A stretch of DNA of 64,000 nt, from positions 64,438 to 128,437 of the forward strand of contig JAKPDW010000077.1 in the NCBI GenBank assembly GCA_029552245.1, read 5' to 3'. The DNA is from Deltaproteobacteria bacterium (GTDB lineage: Bacteria; Desulfobacterota; Desulfomonilia; UBA1062). Below, piece by piece: positions 1-9,631 of the stretch; positions within the stretch are counted from its first letter, which is position 1; each line of letters starts with the position of its first letter. The notes beneath the pieces are model-generated. The model searched no databases. It saw nothing but the letters and a program-made list of their open reading frames with translations, and was not told the origin of the DNA. The position numbers and the translations under genes are program-made.

Positions 1-2
1 TC

Positions 3-1448
3 AAGGACATCATCATCGAGCTCAAGCGCCAGGGGGTCAAGATCTCGGGGGTGGACGAGATCAGGCAGGCCATGGAGATAAAGAACGACGGGATGTTCGA
101 GTTCACCTTCCCCAACTACCCGGACAAGAAACCCGTGAGGAAGCTGCTCGCGTTCTCGTCGGTCCACTTCCTCAACAGGCGGTGGATCACGATCGCCACC
201 TCCCCGTACAGGGAGGTCATCTCCCTCATGTCCGGGACCTTCAACAACACCCTCATCCTGGGCTCGGTCTCCATCGGCTTCGTGATCGTGGCGACGATCA
301 CCATGATCAGGATCAACCGCGAACGGGCCGCGGCCTCGGAGAGGAACAAGTGGGCGGACAAGGTGCTCGTGGCCCACAAGCGCCTGGAGACCATCTTCAA
401 CGGCGTACCCCACTACCTGGTCATGGTGGACGCGTCGTTCACCATCACCGACGTGAACGAACGGACCTGCGACCTCTTCGGTCTCAAGCGCACGGACGTG
501 ATAGACAAGCACTGCTCCCTCGACTTTCCCGAGGGTGAGAGGATCTGCCACACCAGGCTCGTGGAGCGCTGCTTCAGGACAGGGTCCGTCGTGACCGAGT
601 CTGACACGCGCATAGACATCAAGGGCAAGCCCTACTTCTTCGACATAAGCGCCATACCGCTCTTCGGTTCAGAGGGCGAGGTGGACTACGTGGTCCAGTA
701 CGCGGTCGACATCACGGAGAAGAAGGCGTTGACCGAAAAGCTCATACAAGCGGAGAAGCTGGCGGCAGTGGGACAGATGTCGGCGCACGTGGCGCACGAG
801 ATCCGCAACCCCCTGACGTCCATCATGCTCCACTCGGAGCTCCTCGAGGACGAGCTGGAGGATATCGAGGCGGCGACAGACGCCAAGGAACTCCTGGCCA
901 TCATCAAGTCCGAGATAGACCGGCTCAGCCAGGTCACGGACGAGTACCTCTCGTACGCCAGGCTGCCTCACCCCAAGAAACAGCTCGTCGACCCGATGGT
1001 GGAGGTATCGTCGGTGGTGGCCCAGCTCATGCCCGAGCTCAAGCGCAGGAACGTGGAGACCACGATCACCTGCGCCGAAAAGCTCCCGAACATCATGATA
1101 GACCGTGGACAATTCAAGCAGCTTCTGATAAACCTCATCAAGAACGCGGAGGACGCCATGCCCTCCGGCGGCTCCCTGGAGATATCCCTCATGGGGATCA
1201 AGGAAAACGTTCTCCTCCTCGTCAAGGACACAGGTTACGGTATACCACCGGAGCTCACCCGCAGGATCTTCGACCCGTACTTCACCACGAAGGACAACGG
1301 GACAGGCCTGGGCCTGGCGCTCGTCCAGTACATCGTGAACGCACACGACGGGTGGGTCGACGTAGAGAGCCAGAAGGGCAGCGGCGCCACCTTCATCGTA
1401 TCGTTCCCGGCGGCGACGCCCACCGCGGGCCAGGAGGCACAGTCGTGA
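3..1448 (+). CDS. PAS-domain sensor histidine kinase (5'-truncated by window edge)
   Basis: Frame is open from the window start; TM segment, PAS-like region, H-box AHEIRNPL, N-box NLIKNAEDAM, G-boxes DTGYGIP and GTGLGL. Confidence 0.93.
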   Translation, partial: KDIIIELKRQGVKISGVDEIRQAMEIKNDGMFEFTFPNYPDKKPVRKLLAFSSVHFLNRRWITIATSPYREVISLMSGTFNNTLILGSVSIGFVIVATITMIRINRERAAASERNKWADKVLVAHKRLETIFNGVPHYLVMVDASFTITDVNERTCDLFGLKRTDVIDKHCSLDFPEGERICHTRLVERCFRTGSVVTESDTRIDIKGKPYFFDISAIPLFGSEGEVDYVVQYAVDITEKKALTEKLIQAEKLAAVGQMSAHVAHEIRNPLTSIMLHSELLEDELEDIEAATDAKELLAIIKSEIDRLSQVTDEYLSYARLPHPKKQLVDPMVEVSSVVAQLMPELKRRNVETTITCAEKLPNIMIDRGQFKQLLINLIKNAEDAMPSGGSLEISLMGIKENVLLLVKDTGYGIPPELTRRIFDPYFTTKDNGTGLGLALVQYIVNAHDGWVDVESQKGSGATFIVSFPAATPTAGQEAQS

Positions 1449-2521
1449 GGCACCCGGACACACGCGCCGTAGCGCTCTTCGCGATCCTCGTCCTCCTCTT
1501 CTGGCAGGCGACCCCCGCACATGCGGCACGCGTGACCGCACGGGTCCCCTCGGGGACCATCGAGGTCAAGCTCCTCTCCCCCGGTGTGACCGCGGTGCTC
1601 GACGTGCTCAGGCCCAGGCACGAGCAGCGCCTCAAGGCCTCACGGGAGGAGACCGGGGTCGACAGGCTCGAGCAGGAGGTGCGTCGGGCACGCCAGGAGG
1701 CCGAGCGGGCACGCCAGGCATTCGAGAACGCCAGGAGGGAAGCAAAGGCCCACGCGGTCTCGAAGATCCGCGTCACCGTGCACAAGGCCGATGTCCACAT
1801 CTCTTCGGAGTCGTCGATCGGCGAGGCCGAGTTCTTCTACACGGCGTTCAACGAGTCGGGCCTCGTCGTGAGCGACATCACGTACAGGCCGGTCGTCTCG
1901 GGGGTGGTCCTCCCGCTGACGACCCCCCTGACCCTCGAGTTCATCGACCCATCGAACCTCCTCCTCGGGCTCGGGCCTCAGGAGACCATCACCAACCAAA
2001 ACAAGGATCCCGAGAGGCTGACCTTCTTCCTGAGCGACCTCAGCGAGGGCGACAGGCGAAAGGTATCGGGGGCGGCACCCGGGGACTTTTCCCTCAAGGT
2101 GGAAGACATGCACTTCGTCGCCAGGAAGGGATACAAGGGCCAGAACAAGCCCATGGGCATAGAGGAGGCCTACTCCTCCCGATTGGCCCCCTTCAGCGAC
2201 GCCGTGCAACGTGCCGAGGCGCACAGGGATGCATTGGCCCAGGAGCTCGCCAGGGCCAGCCAGGCATACGCCGCCCAGACGAGGGAAGGCACGGAGAGAT
2301 TCAGGGCGCAACTGAAGGACCTGAAGGCCGCTTCCGTGCGGGCCGAGGGCGCCCTCGACAAGAAGAAGTCGAAGGCGGTCTTCACGGACGTGCCCTCCGG
2401 TGCCTACTGCGTGTACGCCGCATCCGCAGACGGCAGGGCGGCGATCAAGGAGGTGAACGTGGACAGTTCGAGGATCACCGTCACCATCGACAGACTCGGA
2501 AAGGACCCCTTCCTGCCATGA
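1445..2521 (+). CDS. Exported hypothetical protein with coiled-coil segments
   Basis: GTG start overlaps the kinase stop (GTGA); signal peptide RHPDTRAVALFAILVLLFWQATPAHA; two Ala/Glu/Arg-rich helical segments; stop overlaps the next ATG. Confidence 0.7.
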   Translation: MRHPDTRAVALFAILVLLFWQATPAHAARVTARVPSGTIEVKLLSPGVTAVLDVLRPRHEQRLKASREETGVDRLEQEVRRARQEAERARQAFENARREAKAHAVSKIRVTVHKADVHISSESSIGEAEFFYTAFNESGLVVSDITYRPVVSGVVLPLTTPLTLEFIDPSNLLLGLGPQETITNQNKDPERLTFFLSDLSEGDRRKVSGAAPGDFSLKVEDMHFVARKGYKGQNKPMGIEEAYSSRLAPFSDAVQRAEAHRDALAQELARASQAYAAQTREGTERFRAQLKDLKAASVRAEGALDKKKSKAVFTDVPSGAYCVYAASADGRAAIKEVNVDSSRITVTIDRLGKDPFLP

Positions 2522-3873
2522 ACGCGCTCCAGAAGACCATCCTCGTGGTGGACGACGAGTTGGGCATCCGCGAGTCCGTCAGGAAGATCCTGGAAAAGGA
2601 AGGCTACCAGGTCAAGACGGCATCGAACGGGGACGAGGCATTCAGGATCATACGTTCGGAGCAGATCGACCTCCTCGTCACCGACATCAGGATGGCCGGC
2701 ATGGACGGGCTCGAGCTCCTCAAGGTGTGCAAGTCCGTCTCGCCGTATACCGAGGTCATCATGATCACCGGGTACGCCTCTGTGGACACGGCGGTCGAGT
2801 CGCTCAAGCAGGGGGCGTACGACTACATCACAAAGCCATTCAAGAAGGCGGACATCCTGAAAGCGGTGAGCAAGGCCATCGAGAAGCAGGTCCTCTCCAT
2901 GGACAACGCGAGGATGAAGGAACGCATAGAGGCCATGGAGGCGGCGCCCATGCTGGAGACCGCGAGCCTCGCCATGAAGAAGGTCGTGGAGATGGTCCAC
3001 CTGGTGGCCCCGAGCCAGGCCACCGTGCTCATCCTCGGCGAGAGCGGGACCGGCAAGGAGGTCGTGGCGGACATGATCCACAGGCTCTCCCCGAGGTCGG
3101 GCAGGCCCATGGTCAAGGTCAATTGCGCCGCGATCCCCGAGACCCTCATCGAGTCGGAACTCTTCGGGTACGAGAAAGGCGCCTTCACCGGTGCGGTGGG
3201 GAGGAAAGAGGGCAGGTTCGAGGCCGCCCACCACTCGAGCATCTTCCTGGATGAGATCGGCGAGGTGCCGCCCGCAGTGCAGGTCAAGCTCCTGCGCATC
3301 CTCCAGGAGGGGACCTTCGAGCGCTTGGGCAGCAACAAGACCCAGACGGTTGACGTCAGGATCATCGCGGCGACGAACAAGGACCTCGCGGCCATGGTCA
3401 GGGAGGGGAGTTTCAGGGAAGACCTCTACTGGAGGCTGAACGTCATCACCATAGCGCTGCCGCCGCTGCGCGACCGGAAGGAGGACATACCGAGCCTCGT
3501 GCAGCACTTCCTGACGAGGTTCTCCCACAAGAACGACAAGGCGGTGCGCGGCATCGAGTCCCAGGCCATGGAGGCGCTGCTCGGATACGGCTGGCCCGGA
3601 AACGTCCGCGAGCTCGAGAACATCATCGAGCGGAGCGTCGTGCTCGACCGGGACGGGGTGATCTCCCTCGACGACCTGCCCGCGCAGCTCGTCTCCACTG
3701 CCGACGAGGCGGCCCATACGGTGACGATCCCCTTGGGCACCCCGTTGGACGAGGTGGAACGCATCCTCATGGAAGAGACCCTCAAGCGCACCAAGGGCGA
3801 CAAGGGGTTGGCCTCGAAGCTCCTCGGGATATCCACGAGGACGCTCTACCGGAAGATGGACAGGAAGGATTGA
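2518..3873 (+). CDS. NtrC-family sigma-54-dependent response regulator
   Basis: Receiver (VVDDE, TDIRMAGMDG), Walker A GESGTGKE, GAFTGA, WPGNVRELEN, Fis-type HTH. Confidence 0.96.
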   Translation: MNALQKTILVVDDELGIRESVRKILEKEGYQVKTASNGDEAFRIIRSEQIDLLVTDIRMAGMDGLELLKVCKSVSPYTEVIMITGYASVDTAVESLKQGAYDYITKPFKKADILKAVSKAIEKQVLSMDNARMKERIEAMEAAPMLETASLAMKKVVEMVHLVAPSQATVLILGESGTGKEVVADMIHRLSPRSGRPMVKVNCAAIPETLIESELFGYEKGAFTGAVGRKEGRFEAAHHSSIFLDEIGEVPPAVQVKLLRILQEGTFERLGSNKTQTVDVRIIAATNKDLAAMVREGSFREDLYWRLNVITIALPPLRDRKEDIPSLVQHFLTRFSHKNDKAVRGIESQAMEALLGYGWPGNVRELENIIERSVVLDRDGVISLDDLPAQLVSTADEAAHTVTIPLGTPLDEVERILMEETLKRTKGDKGLASKLLGISTRTLYRKMDRKD

Positions 3874-3911
3874 CGCCCGGCGATCAGGATGTCCTTGGGC
3901 GAAAGCGTCCG

Positions 3912-5276
3912 TTACCTCTTCTTTTCCGGGGTGATGTTGAACTTCCTGATCTTGTAGTGCATCACCCGGCGCGAGATCCCGAGCAGCTTGGCAGCGTCCT
4001 TCTGGACCCAGTTCGACCTGTTCAGCGCGTCGATGAGCATGGCCTTTTCCTGTGCCTCGAGCGGGTTGAGCCCGTCGTCCGGCCCGCTCGGCGCCGCGTC
4101 CTGCCCGATGCCGGAGGGGAGGAGGTCCTCGGGGGTGATGATCTCACCGCTGGTGAGGATCACGGCCGAGAACACGATGTTCCTGAGTTCACGGACGTTG
4201 CCGGGCCACCGGTGGGACAGGAGGAGGTCCATGGCCTTGCTGCTGAACCCCTTCACGTCCTTGCCGGTCTTCTCGGCGAACTCCCTGAGGAAGACCCCTG
4301 CCAGGCCCACGATGTCTTCCCTGCGTTCCCGAAGGGGCGGGATGGTGATGGTGATGACCCGCAGCCGGTAGAACAGGTCTTCCCTGAACAGCCCCGAGTC
4401 CACCTTGGCCTTGAGGTCGGCGTTGGTCGCGGCTATCACCCGGATGTCCACCCGTCTCTGATCGAGCTCGCCGAGCCTCCTGAACTCGCCGTTCTCGAGC
4501 ACCCTGAGGAGCCTCGTCTGGAGTTCAGGAGAGATGTTGCCTATCTCGTCGAGGAAGAGGGTGCCTCCGTGCGCCTCCTCGATGATCCCCCTCTTGTCCT
4601 TGACCGCGCCGGTGAAGGCGCCCCTGCCGTAACCGAAGAGCTCCGCCTCGATCAGGGTGGAAGGGGTTGCGCCGCAGTCCATGACCACGAACTTGCCCAG
4701 CCTCCTCTTGCTCCCGTGGTGGATCATGCGGGCGACGAGCTCCTTGCCCGTGCCGCTCTCGCCCAGGATGAGCACCGTGGCGTCCGACTCGCTCACCTGG
4801 CGGGCGAGGGTGAGGACCTTCTCCATGGCCGGGCTCTCGGCGTAGAGGTGCTGCCCGAAAGAATCGTCGATCTGGCGTTCCAGGTAGCGGACCCTCTGCT
4901 TGAGTCCCCGCTTCTCGATGGCCTTCTCCACCTTCGTGGCGAGTTCTATGGGCTCGAACGGCTTCACGAGGTAGTCGTGGGCGCCCTGCTTGATGGCCTC
5001 CACCGCCCCCTCGATGGAACCGTACGCGGTGAAGATGATGACCTCAACATCCGGGTCGATGCGCTTCGCATCGGCGAGGACCTCCATGCCATCCTTGTCC
5101 GGCATCTTCAGGTCGGTGATCAGGACGCTGTACTCCTCGCTCCTCAAGGCCTCGAGGGCCTTGGCGGCCTTCGTGAACCCTGCGGCGGCATATCCCAGGG
5201 CATCGAGACGGGCCACCATCACGTCCACGATGGCCTGCTCGTCGTCCAGGACCATGACCTTGTGACGAACGGTCAT
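3912..5276 (-). CDS. NtrC-family sigma-54-dependent response regulator (GlrR/QseF-like position)
   Basis: Start MTVRHKVMVLDDEQ at 5276 (ATGA overlap with upstream stop); TDLKMP, GESGTGKE, GAFTGA, WPGNVREL, HTH. Confidence 0.95.
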   Translation of the reverse strand: MTVRHKVMVLDDEQAIVDVMVARLDALGYAAAGFTKAAKALEALRSEEYSVLITDLKMPDKDGMEVLADAKRIDPDVEVIIFTAYGSIEGAVEAIKQGAHDYLVKPFEPIELATKVEKAIEKRGLKQRVRYLERQIDDSFGQHLYAESPAMEKVLTLARQVSESDATVLILGESGTGKELVARMIHHGSKRRLGKFVVMDCGATPSTLIEAELFGYGRGAFTGAVKDKRGIIEEAHGGTLFLDEIGNISPELQTRLLRVLENGEFRRLGELDQRRVDIRVIAATNADLKAKVDSGLFREDLFYRLRVITITIPPLRERREDIVGLAGVFLREFAEKTGKDVKGFSSKAMDLLLSHRWPGNVRELRNIVFSAVILTSGEIITPEDLLPSGIGQDAAPSGPDDGLNPLEAQEKAMLIDALNRSNWVQKDAAKLLGISRRVMHYKIRKFNITPEKKR

Positions 5277-5815
5277 TTCGCGCCCCTGCGCCTGAGAGAC
5301 TCCATGTGTATCTCCTCGAGTTTCTTGAGCTTGAAGCGCAGCTCCTCGTTCTCCTTGCCGAGGTCTTCCAGCTCCTTCCGGCTCGAGTCCAGGGCCTTCT
5401 TCAGCTCCTCGTTCTCCCGTGCGAGGTCCCTGGCCCGTGACGAGGCCTTGGCGAGCGTCTCCATGCGCTCGACGAGAACCAGGAGGTAGCCAGCCTCGAC
5501 CCTGAGGTACGAGGGCAGCTCGGCCTTGTCCCTGATGTCTTTCAGCTCGGCCTTCGCCGACGCATAGTTCACCTCGCCCTTCACGGCGGACTCCACGATC
5601 ATGGCGATGCGGATCCTGGCCAGGACGTCGGCAGTCGCCTGCTTCTCGAGCTCCCTCAAGTCTTGCTTCGGCGCCTTGCCTTGAGAGAGCGAGGCCTCCG
5701 CCTCGCCGATGCTCATGTAGGACTGGAGAGCCGAGCACCCCTCAAGGAAGGCCAGTATCAGCGCAAGGAAGACTGAAAGCGAAGACACTCCCCTTGCCCA
5801 CTTTGCTCTGCGCAT
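5273..5815 (-). CDS. Putative lipoprotein with C-terminal coiled coil
   Basis: MRRAKWARGVSSLSVFLALILAFLEG-C lipobox-like signal; heptad-rich C-terminus LARENEELKKALDSSRKELEDLGKENEELRFKLKKLEE. Confidence 0.72.
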   Translation of the reverse strand: MRRAKWARGVSSLSVFLALILAFLEGCSALQSYMSIGEAEASLSQGKAPKQDLRELEKQATADVLARIRIAMIVESAVKGEVNYASAKAELKDIRDKAELPSYLRVEAGYLLVLVERMETLAKASSRARDLARENEELKKALDSSRKELEDLGKENEELRFKLKKLEEIHMESLRRRGAK

Positions 5816-7223
5816 ATATGGTTCCCCCGTGCGCGTCGACGATCCCCTTCGAGATCGCGAGGCCCAGGCCCATTCCCCCGTGGCCTCTGGTCGATCGGGA
5901 TTGGAAAAACTTCTCAAAAATCCGGGGCAGATCTTCTTCGGGTATCCCTTTCCCGTGGTCTTCGATCTCGGTCACGACACACCCTCCGGTGTTCCTGACC
6001 CTGATCTCCACCTCGGAACCTTCAGGTGAGCTCTTGATGGCATTATGCGTGAGGTTTGTCAAGACCTGCAGGATCTTGTTCCTGTCGACGAGCACCCTGC
6101 ATCCGCCCTCGGCGTAGACCGCCTTTATCCTCACCCCGTTGGCATCGGCGATGGGCCATATTTCCGAGACGAACGCCGCCACCGTCTCGTTCATGTCCCA
6201 GACCCCCTTGTCGAGCGCGATGGTGCCGCTGGCGATGCGCGACATGTCCAGGAGCTCGCTCACGGTGTTCAGGAGCCTCCTGATGCCCTGGTCCATGATC
6301 TCCAGGAGCCGTTTCTGCTTGTCGGAGACGCCCCCTGCGTGTCCCTCCATGAGCAGGCTCGCGGCCTCCTTCATGGACGTGAGGGGCGTCTTGAGCTCGT
6401 GCGAGACCATGGATATGAAGTCCGACTTCATCTCGTCGAGTTCCTTGAGCCTGGACGCCATCTTGTTGAACGACTCGGCGAGCATCCCGAGCTCGTCCGT
6501 GCTCGCGAGGTCTATGCGGTAGGAAAAGTCCCCCTCCGAGATGTGGGCGATCCCCTCCTTGATCCTGTTGAGGTCCCTCACGACGCTCACCGACAGGAGC
6601 ACGGGGACGACGAGCCCGATGGACAGCCCGAGGACGAGCGCCCACCACGTCCATGCCGTGATCTCGTCGCCCAGGTCTTTGAGAGAGGCTATGTTCGACC
6701 TCAGCGAGTCCACGGCGTTCCTGTTGATATACCTCGCCGCCGACACCACCTGGTCGATCTCGGAGCTGTTCCTCGCGAACAGTTCGTCGAGCGCAGCCTG
6801 GTCCGGGGGCAGTTCCTTGAGCTGGGAGTTGAACCTCACCCAGAAGGCCATCCACAGCCCCCGGCCGTTCTCGGCGACGTTCCTTTCCGTCTCGTCGCGC
6901 GTCATTCCCCCTGACAGCAGGATGTCCCAAGCCCGGGTTATGTCGTCGTACTGCTGGTCGAGGATGGTCCTGTACGCGTCGTTCCTCAGGATGATGTACT
7001 GCTTCCCCGTCTCCTCGACCGCGATGAGGTTTGCGATCAGCCTGTCCGTGATCTCCTTCTTGCGGTAATCCACAAGATAGATCCTGCCGGCGAGCCCGCT
7101 CACCCGGGTGGAGACCACGAAGAGGACGAGGGTCAAGCCCGAGAGAACGACCACGAACACGATATAGGCGAGCACCATCTTCCGGAGCAGACCGAGCCTC
7201 TTCACGGTCAAGATTATAGACAC
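5742..7223 (-). CDS. HAMP-domain sensor histidine kinase
   Basis: Two TM helices around a periplasmic helical domain, HAMP (DELGMLAESFNKMA), SHELKTPL, NLTHNAIK, DHGKGIP, GMGLGL; start may be GTG 7205. Confidence 0.94.
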   Translation of the reverse strand: MSIILTVKRLGLLRKMVLAYIVFVVVLSGLTLVLFVVSTRVSGLAGRIYLVDYRKKEITDRLIANLIAVEETGKQYIILRNDAYRTILDQQYDDITRAWDILLSGGMTRDETERNVAENGRGLWMAFWVRFNSQLKELPPDQAALDELFARNSSEIDQVVSAARYINRNAVDSLRSNIASLKDLGDEITAWTWWALVLGLSIGLVVPVLLSVSVVRDLNRIKEGIAHISEGDFSYRIDLASTDELGMLAESFNKMASRLKELDEMKSDFISMVSHELKTPLTSMKEAASLLMEGHAGGVSDKQKRLLEIMDQGIRRLLNTVSELLDMSRIASGTIALDKGVWDMNETVAAFVSEIWPIADANGVRIKAVYAEGGCRVLVDRNKILQVLTNLTHNAIKSSPEGSEVEIRVRNTGGCVVTEIEDHGKGIPEEDLPRIFEKFFQSRSTRGHGGMGLGLAISKGIVDAHGGTIYAQSKVGKGSVFAFSLPCADTGLP

Positions 7224-7256
7224 CTTGCCGATACATCTTCAAGGAAGACATCGACC

Positions 7257-7586
7257 ATGGACGACATCCTCCTTTCAGCCCTGCGTGCGAACGAGGCCGT
7301 GGCAGCCAACGCCTCCTCGAACATAGCCAACATGAACACGCCCTCCTACAGGGCCCTCAAGACGACCATCGTCTCGTCCTCGCCGGAAGCCCTCGACGTG
7401 GTCACCCTGACCTCGGACGAACGGGGGCCGCTCGACGAGGAAGGCAACGAGATGTCGAACGTGGATCCTGCCCGGGAGATCGTGGTCCTCATGCAGGCGA
7501 AGAACGCCTTCGAGATGGCGCTGAAAGCCATCTCGACACGAGAGGAGATGCTGAACGATCTCGTGGAGTCCCTGGCGGAGCGTTGA
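7257..7586 (+). CDS. Flagellar basal-body rod (FlgB/FlgC-like) domain protein, orphan
   Basis: N-terminal NIANMNTPSY and C-terminal SNVDPAREIVVLMQAKNAFEMALKAISTREEML match the rod-protein terminal motifs. Confidence 0.78.
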   Translation: MDDILLSALRANEAVAANASSNIANMNTPSYRALKTTIVSSSPEALDVVTLTSDERGPLDEEGNEMSNVDPAREIVVLMQAKNAFEMALKAISTREEMLNDLVESLAER

Positions 7587-7734
7587 CTCCCCCGCGCGGT
7601 CCGATCGCCAGCGCCGCCTTGTGTGGTGTTGCCACCACCGTTGCCCCCCACCACACGGGCCGATCACGCGCACGTTGCCATGTCCTGCGCGATGTGGTAA
7701 GGCTCAATCAGCCAAAGGCAAGGAGGGCTGACCC

Positions 7735-7938
7735 ATGTTCGGCGGTCTCGGCATGACGGAACTGATCATCATCCTCTTGATCGTTCTCGTGATCTTCGGT
7801 GCGGGCAAGCTTCCCGAAGTGGGCAGCGCTCTGGGAAAGGGCATCAAGAACTTCAAGTCCGCAATCAGCGACTCGGGCGACAAGACACCCAAGGCGGATC
7901 TCGAGGACAAGACCAAAGAGGGGCAACCCAAGGGCTGA
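7735..7938 (+). CDS. tatA: Twin-arginine translocase TatA/TatE subunit
   Basis: [38 protein letters not shown]; RBS AAGGAGG. Confidence 0.95.
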   Translation: MFGGLGMTELIIILLIVLVIFGAGKLPEVGSALGKGIKNFKSAISDSGDKTPKADLEDKTKEGQPKG

Positions 7939-7997
7939 ACCGAGAGGACGAGGCCCGCTTTCTCAGGAAACCTCGCACGAAAGCCCATTGTGCAGGA

Positions 7998-8082
7998 TGA
8001 AAGCCTGCGCGCACAGGGCCGCCCAAGCATCATTGCCGGAGACCAAGGCAACGTTGCCTGAAAGTCTGCGTGTACAGGGCCG
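7998..8082. repeat. Intergenic direct-repeat pair A (24 nt x2, period 61)
   Basis: TGAAAGCCTGCGCGCACAGGGCCG (7998-8021) and TGAAAGTCTGCGTGTACAGGGCCG (8059-8082), 3 C/T differences; between convergent tatA and paaK. Confidence 0.75.
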
Positions 8083-8146
8083 TGCGGCCCTCCGGCAGGC
8101 GAGGGAACCCTGGCCGCCCGACCGCACCGGTGCCTCTCAAAGACGC

Positions 8147-9436
8147 CTAGGTCGTCCGGTTGTCCACGACCCGGACCGCCTTGCCCTGGGCCACGGGTAT
8201 CCCTCCCGGTTCCGTGAGAACGACCTCGGGGGTGACCAGGATCTCGTCCCTGAGCTCCCTCACGATCCGCTTCCTCAGTTCCTCAAGCGACCGGTAGTCG
8301 TCGATGGAGAGGTGCGCGTCGATCTCGACCTTGACGGTGATGTGGTCGTTGTGCCCCCTGGACTCGAGGATGACCTGGTAGTTTCTTCCCACGCCTGGAA
8401 TGCCTATGAGAACCGCCTCGATCTGCATGGGGAAGATGTTCACGCCCTTGAGGATGATCATGTCGTCGCTGCGGCCTGCTATCCGCGAGATGCGGCGGTG
8501 TGTCCTGCCGCAGGGGCACGGTTCGTCCGACAGCGTCGTCAGGTCCTTGGTGCGGTACCTGAGGATCGGCATGGCCTCCCGCTCGAGGGTCGTGATGACC
8601 AGTTCCCCCTGCATACCCGGGGCCACGGGCTCGAGCGTGACCGGGTCGACCACCTCCACGAGGAAGGCGTCCTCCCAGATGTGCATGCCGTTCTTCTCCG
8701 GGCACTCGAAGGCCACGCCCGGACCGTTCATCTCCGAGAGGCCGTAGGAGTTGTACGCCTGGATGCCGAAGAATTCCTCCACTTTCCTCCTCGTCTCCTC
8801 GGTATGCGGCTCCGCGCCCAAGAGGGCGTACTTGAACGAGGGGAATTCACGTCTCGGGTCGATGCCGAGCTTCTCCACCTCGTCGGCCAGGTGAAGGGCA
8901 TAGCTCGGGATCACGTGTATCACGCTCACCCCGAAGTCCTTCATGAACTTGAGCTGGCGTTTCGTGTTCCCGGGCCCTGTGGGGATGGTGAGGCACCCAA
9001 GGCGTTCGGCGCCGTAGTGGAGACCGAGCCCCCCCGTGAAGAGGCCGTATCCGATCATGTTCTGGAACACGTCACCCTTGCGCACGCCTATCATGTAGAG
9101 GCAGCGCGCCACGAGGTCGGTCCAGCGGTCGATGTCTTTCTTCGAATGGTAGACCACGGTGGGCGTGCCGGTGGTCCCGGAGGAGGAGTGGAGCCTCACC
9201 ACGTCGTCGAGGGGGCAGCTCAGCATCCCGAAGGGATACGCCTCGCGAAGGTCGTCCTTGGTGGTGAACGGCAGCTTCCTGACGTCCGACAGGTCCCTCA
9301 CCTCGATCTCGCCGAGGCCCTTGGCCCGGTAGAAGGGGGATCGAGCCGCCCTCCGTACCGTCTCCCTCAGCCGGGCGAACTGGAGCCGGGCGAGATCCTC
9401 AGGCCCTATGCACTCGTTTCTTTCGTCCCAGTACAT
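8147..9436 (-). CDS. paaK: Phenylacetate-CoA ligase family protein
   Basis: RLHSSSGTTGTPT AMP-binding motif, YGLSEMNGPG, RYRTKD, GRSDDMIILKGVNIFP; start MYWDERNE at 9436. Confidence 0.92.
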   Translation of the reverse strand: MYWDERNECIGPEDLARLQFARLRETVRRAARSPFYRAKGLGEIEVRDLSDVRKLPFTTKDDLREAYPFGMLSCPLDDVVRLHSSSGTTGTPTVVYHSKKDIDRWTDLVARCLYMIGVRKGDVFQNMIGYGLFTGGLGLHYGAERLGCLTIPTGPGNTKRQLKFMKDFGVSVIHVIPSYALHLADEVEKLGIDPRREFPSFKYALLGAEPHTEETRRKVEEFFGIQAYNSYGLSEMNGPGVAFECPEKNGMHIWEDAFLVEVVDPVTLEPVAPGMQGELVITTLEREAMPILRYRTKDLTTLSDEPCPCGRTHRRISRIAGRSDDMIILKGVNIFPMQIEAVLIGIPGVGRNYQVILESRGHNDHITVKVEIDAHLSIDDYRSLEELRKRIVRELRDEILVTPEVVLTEPGGIPVAQGKAVRVVDNRTT

Positions 9437-9631
9437 GTTCGTTCCCCCTGTGGAAAGCTGCGGCGCCATGCGAGACCGGCACTTCGAGCTCCATGCCACC
9501 CGGTCCAGGGTCATGCCCTGCCGGGGGAAGAGGGCCCGGCCAGCTGCTCAAGCCCCGCCCCCCGTGCCGGGAGCCACCCCACACCCCGCGGTCGGGGGGA
9601 AACGGGTACGCCCCCTCGACCGGGCAGGGCC

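Noticed and set aside
9437-9631. tRNA-Leu often found after secG
   Set aside because: No cloverleaf, T-loop or D-loop consensus; only GC hairpins.
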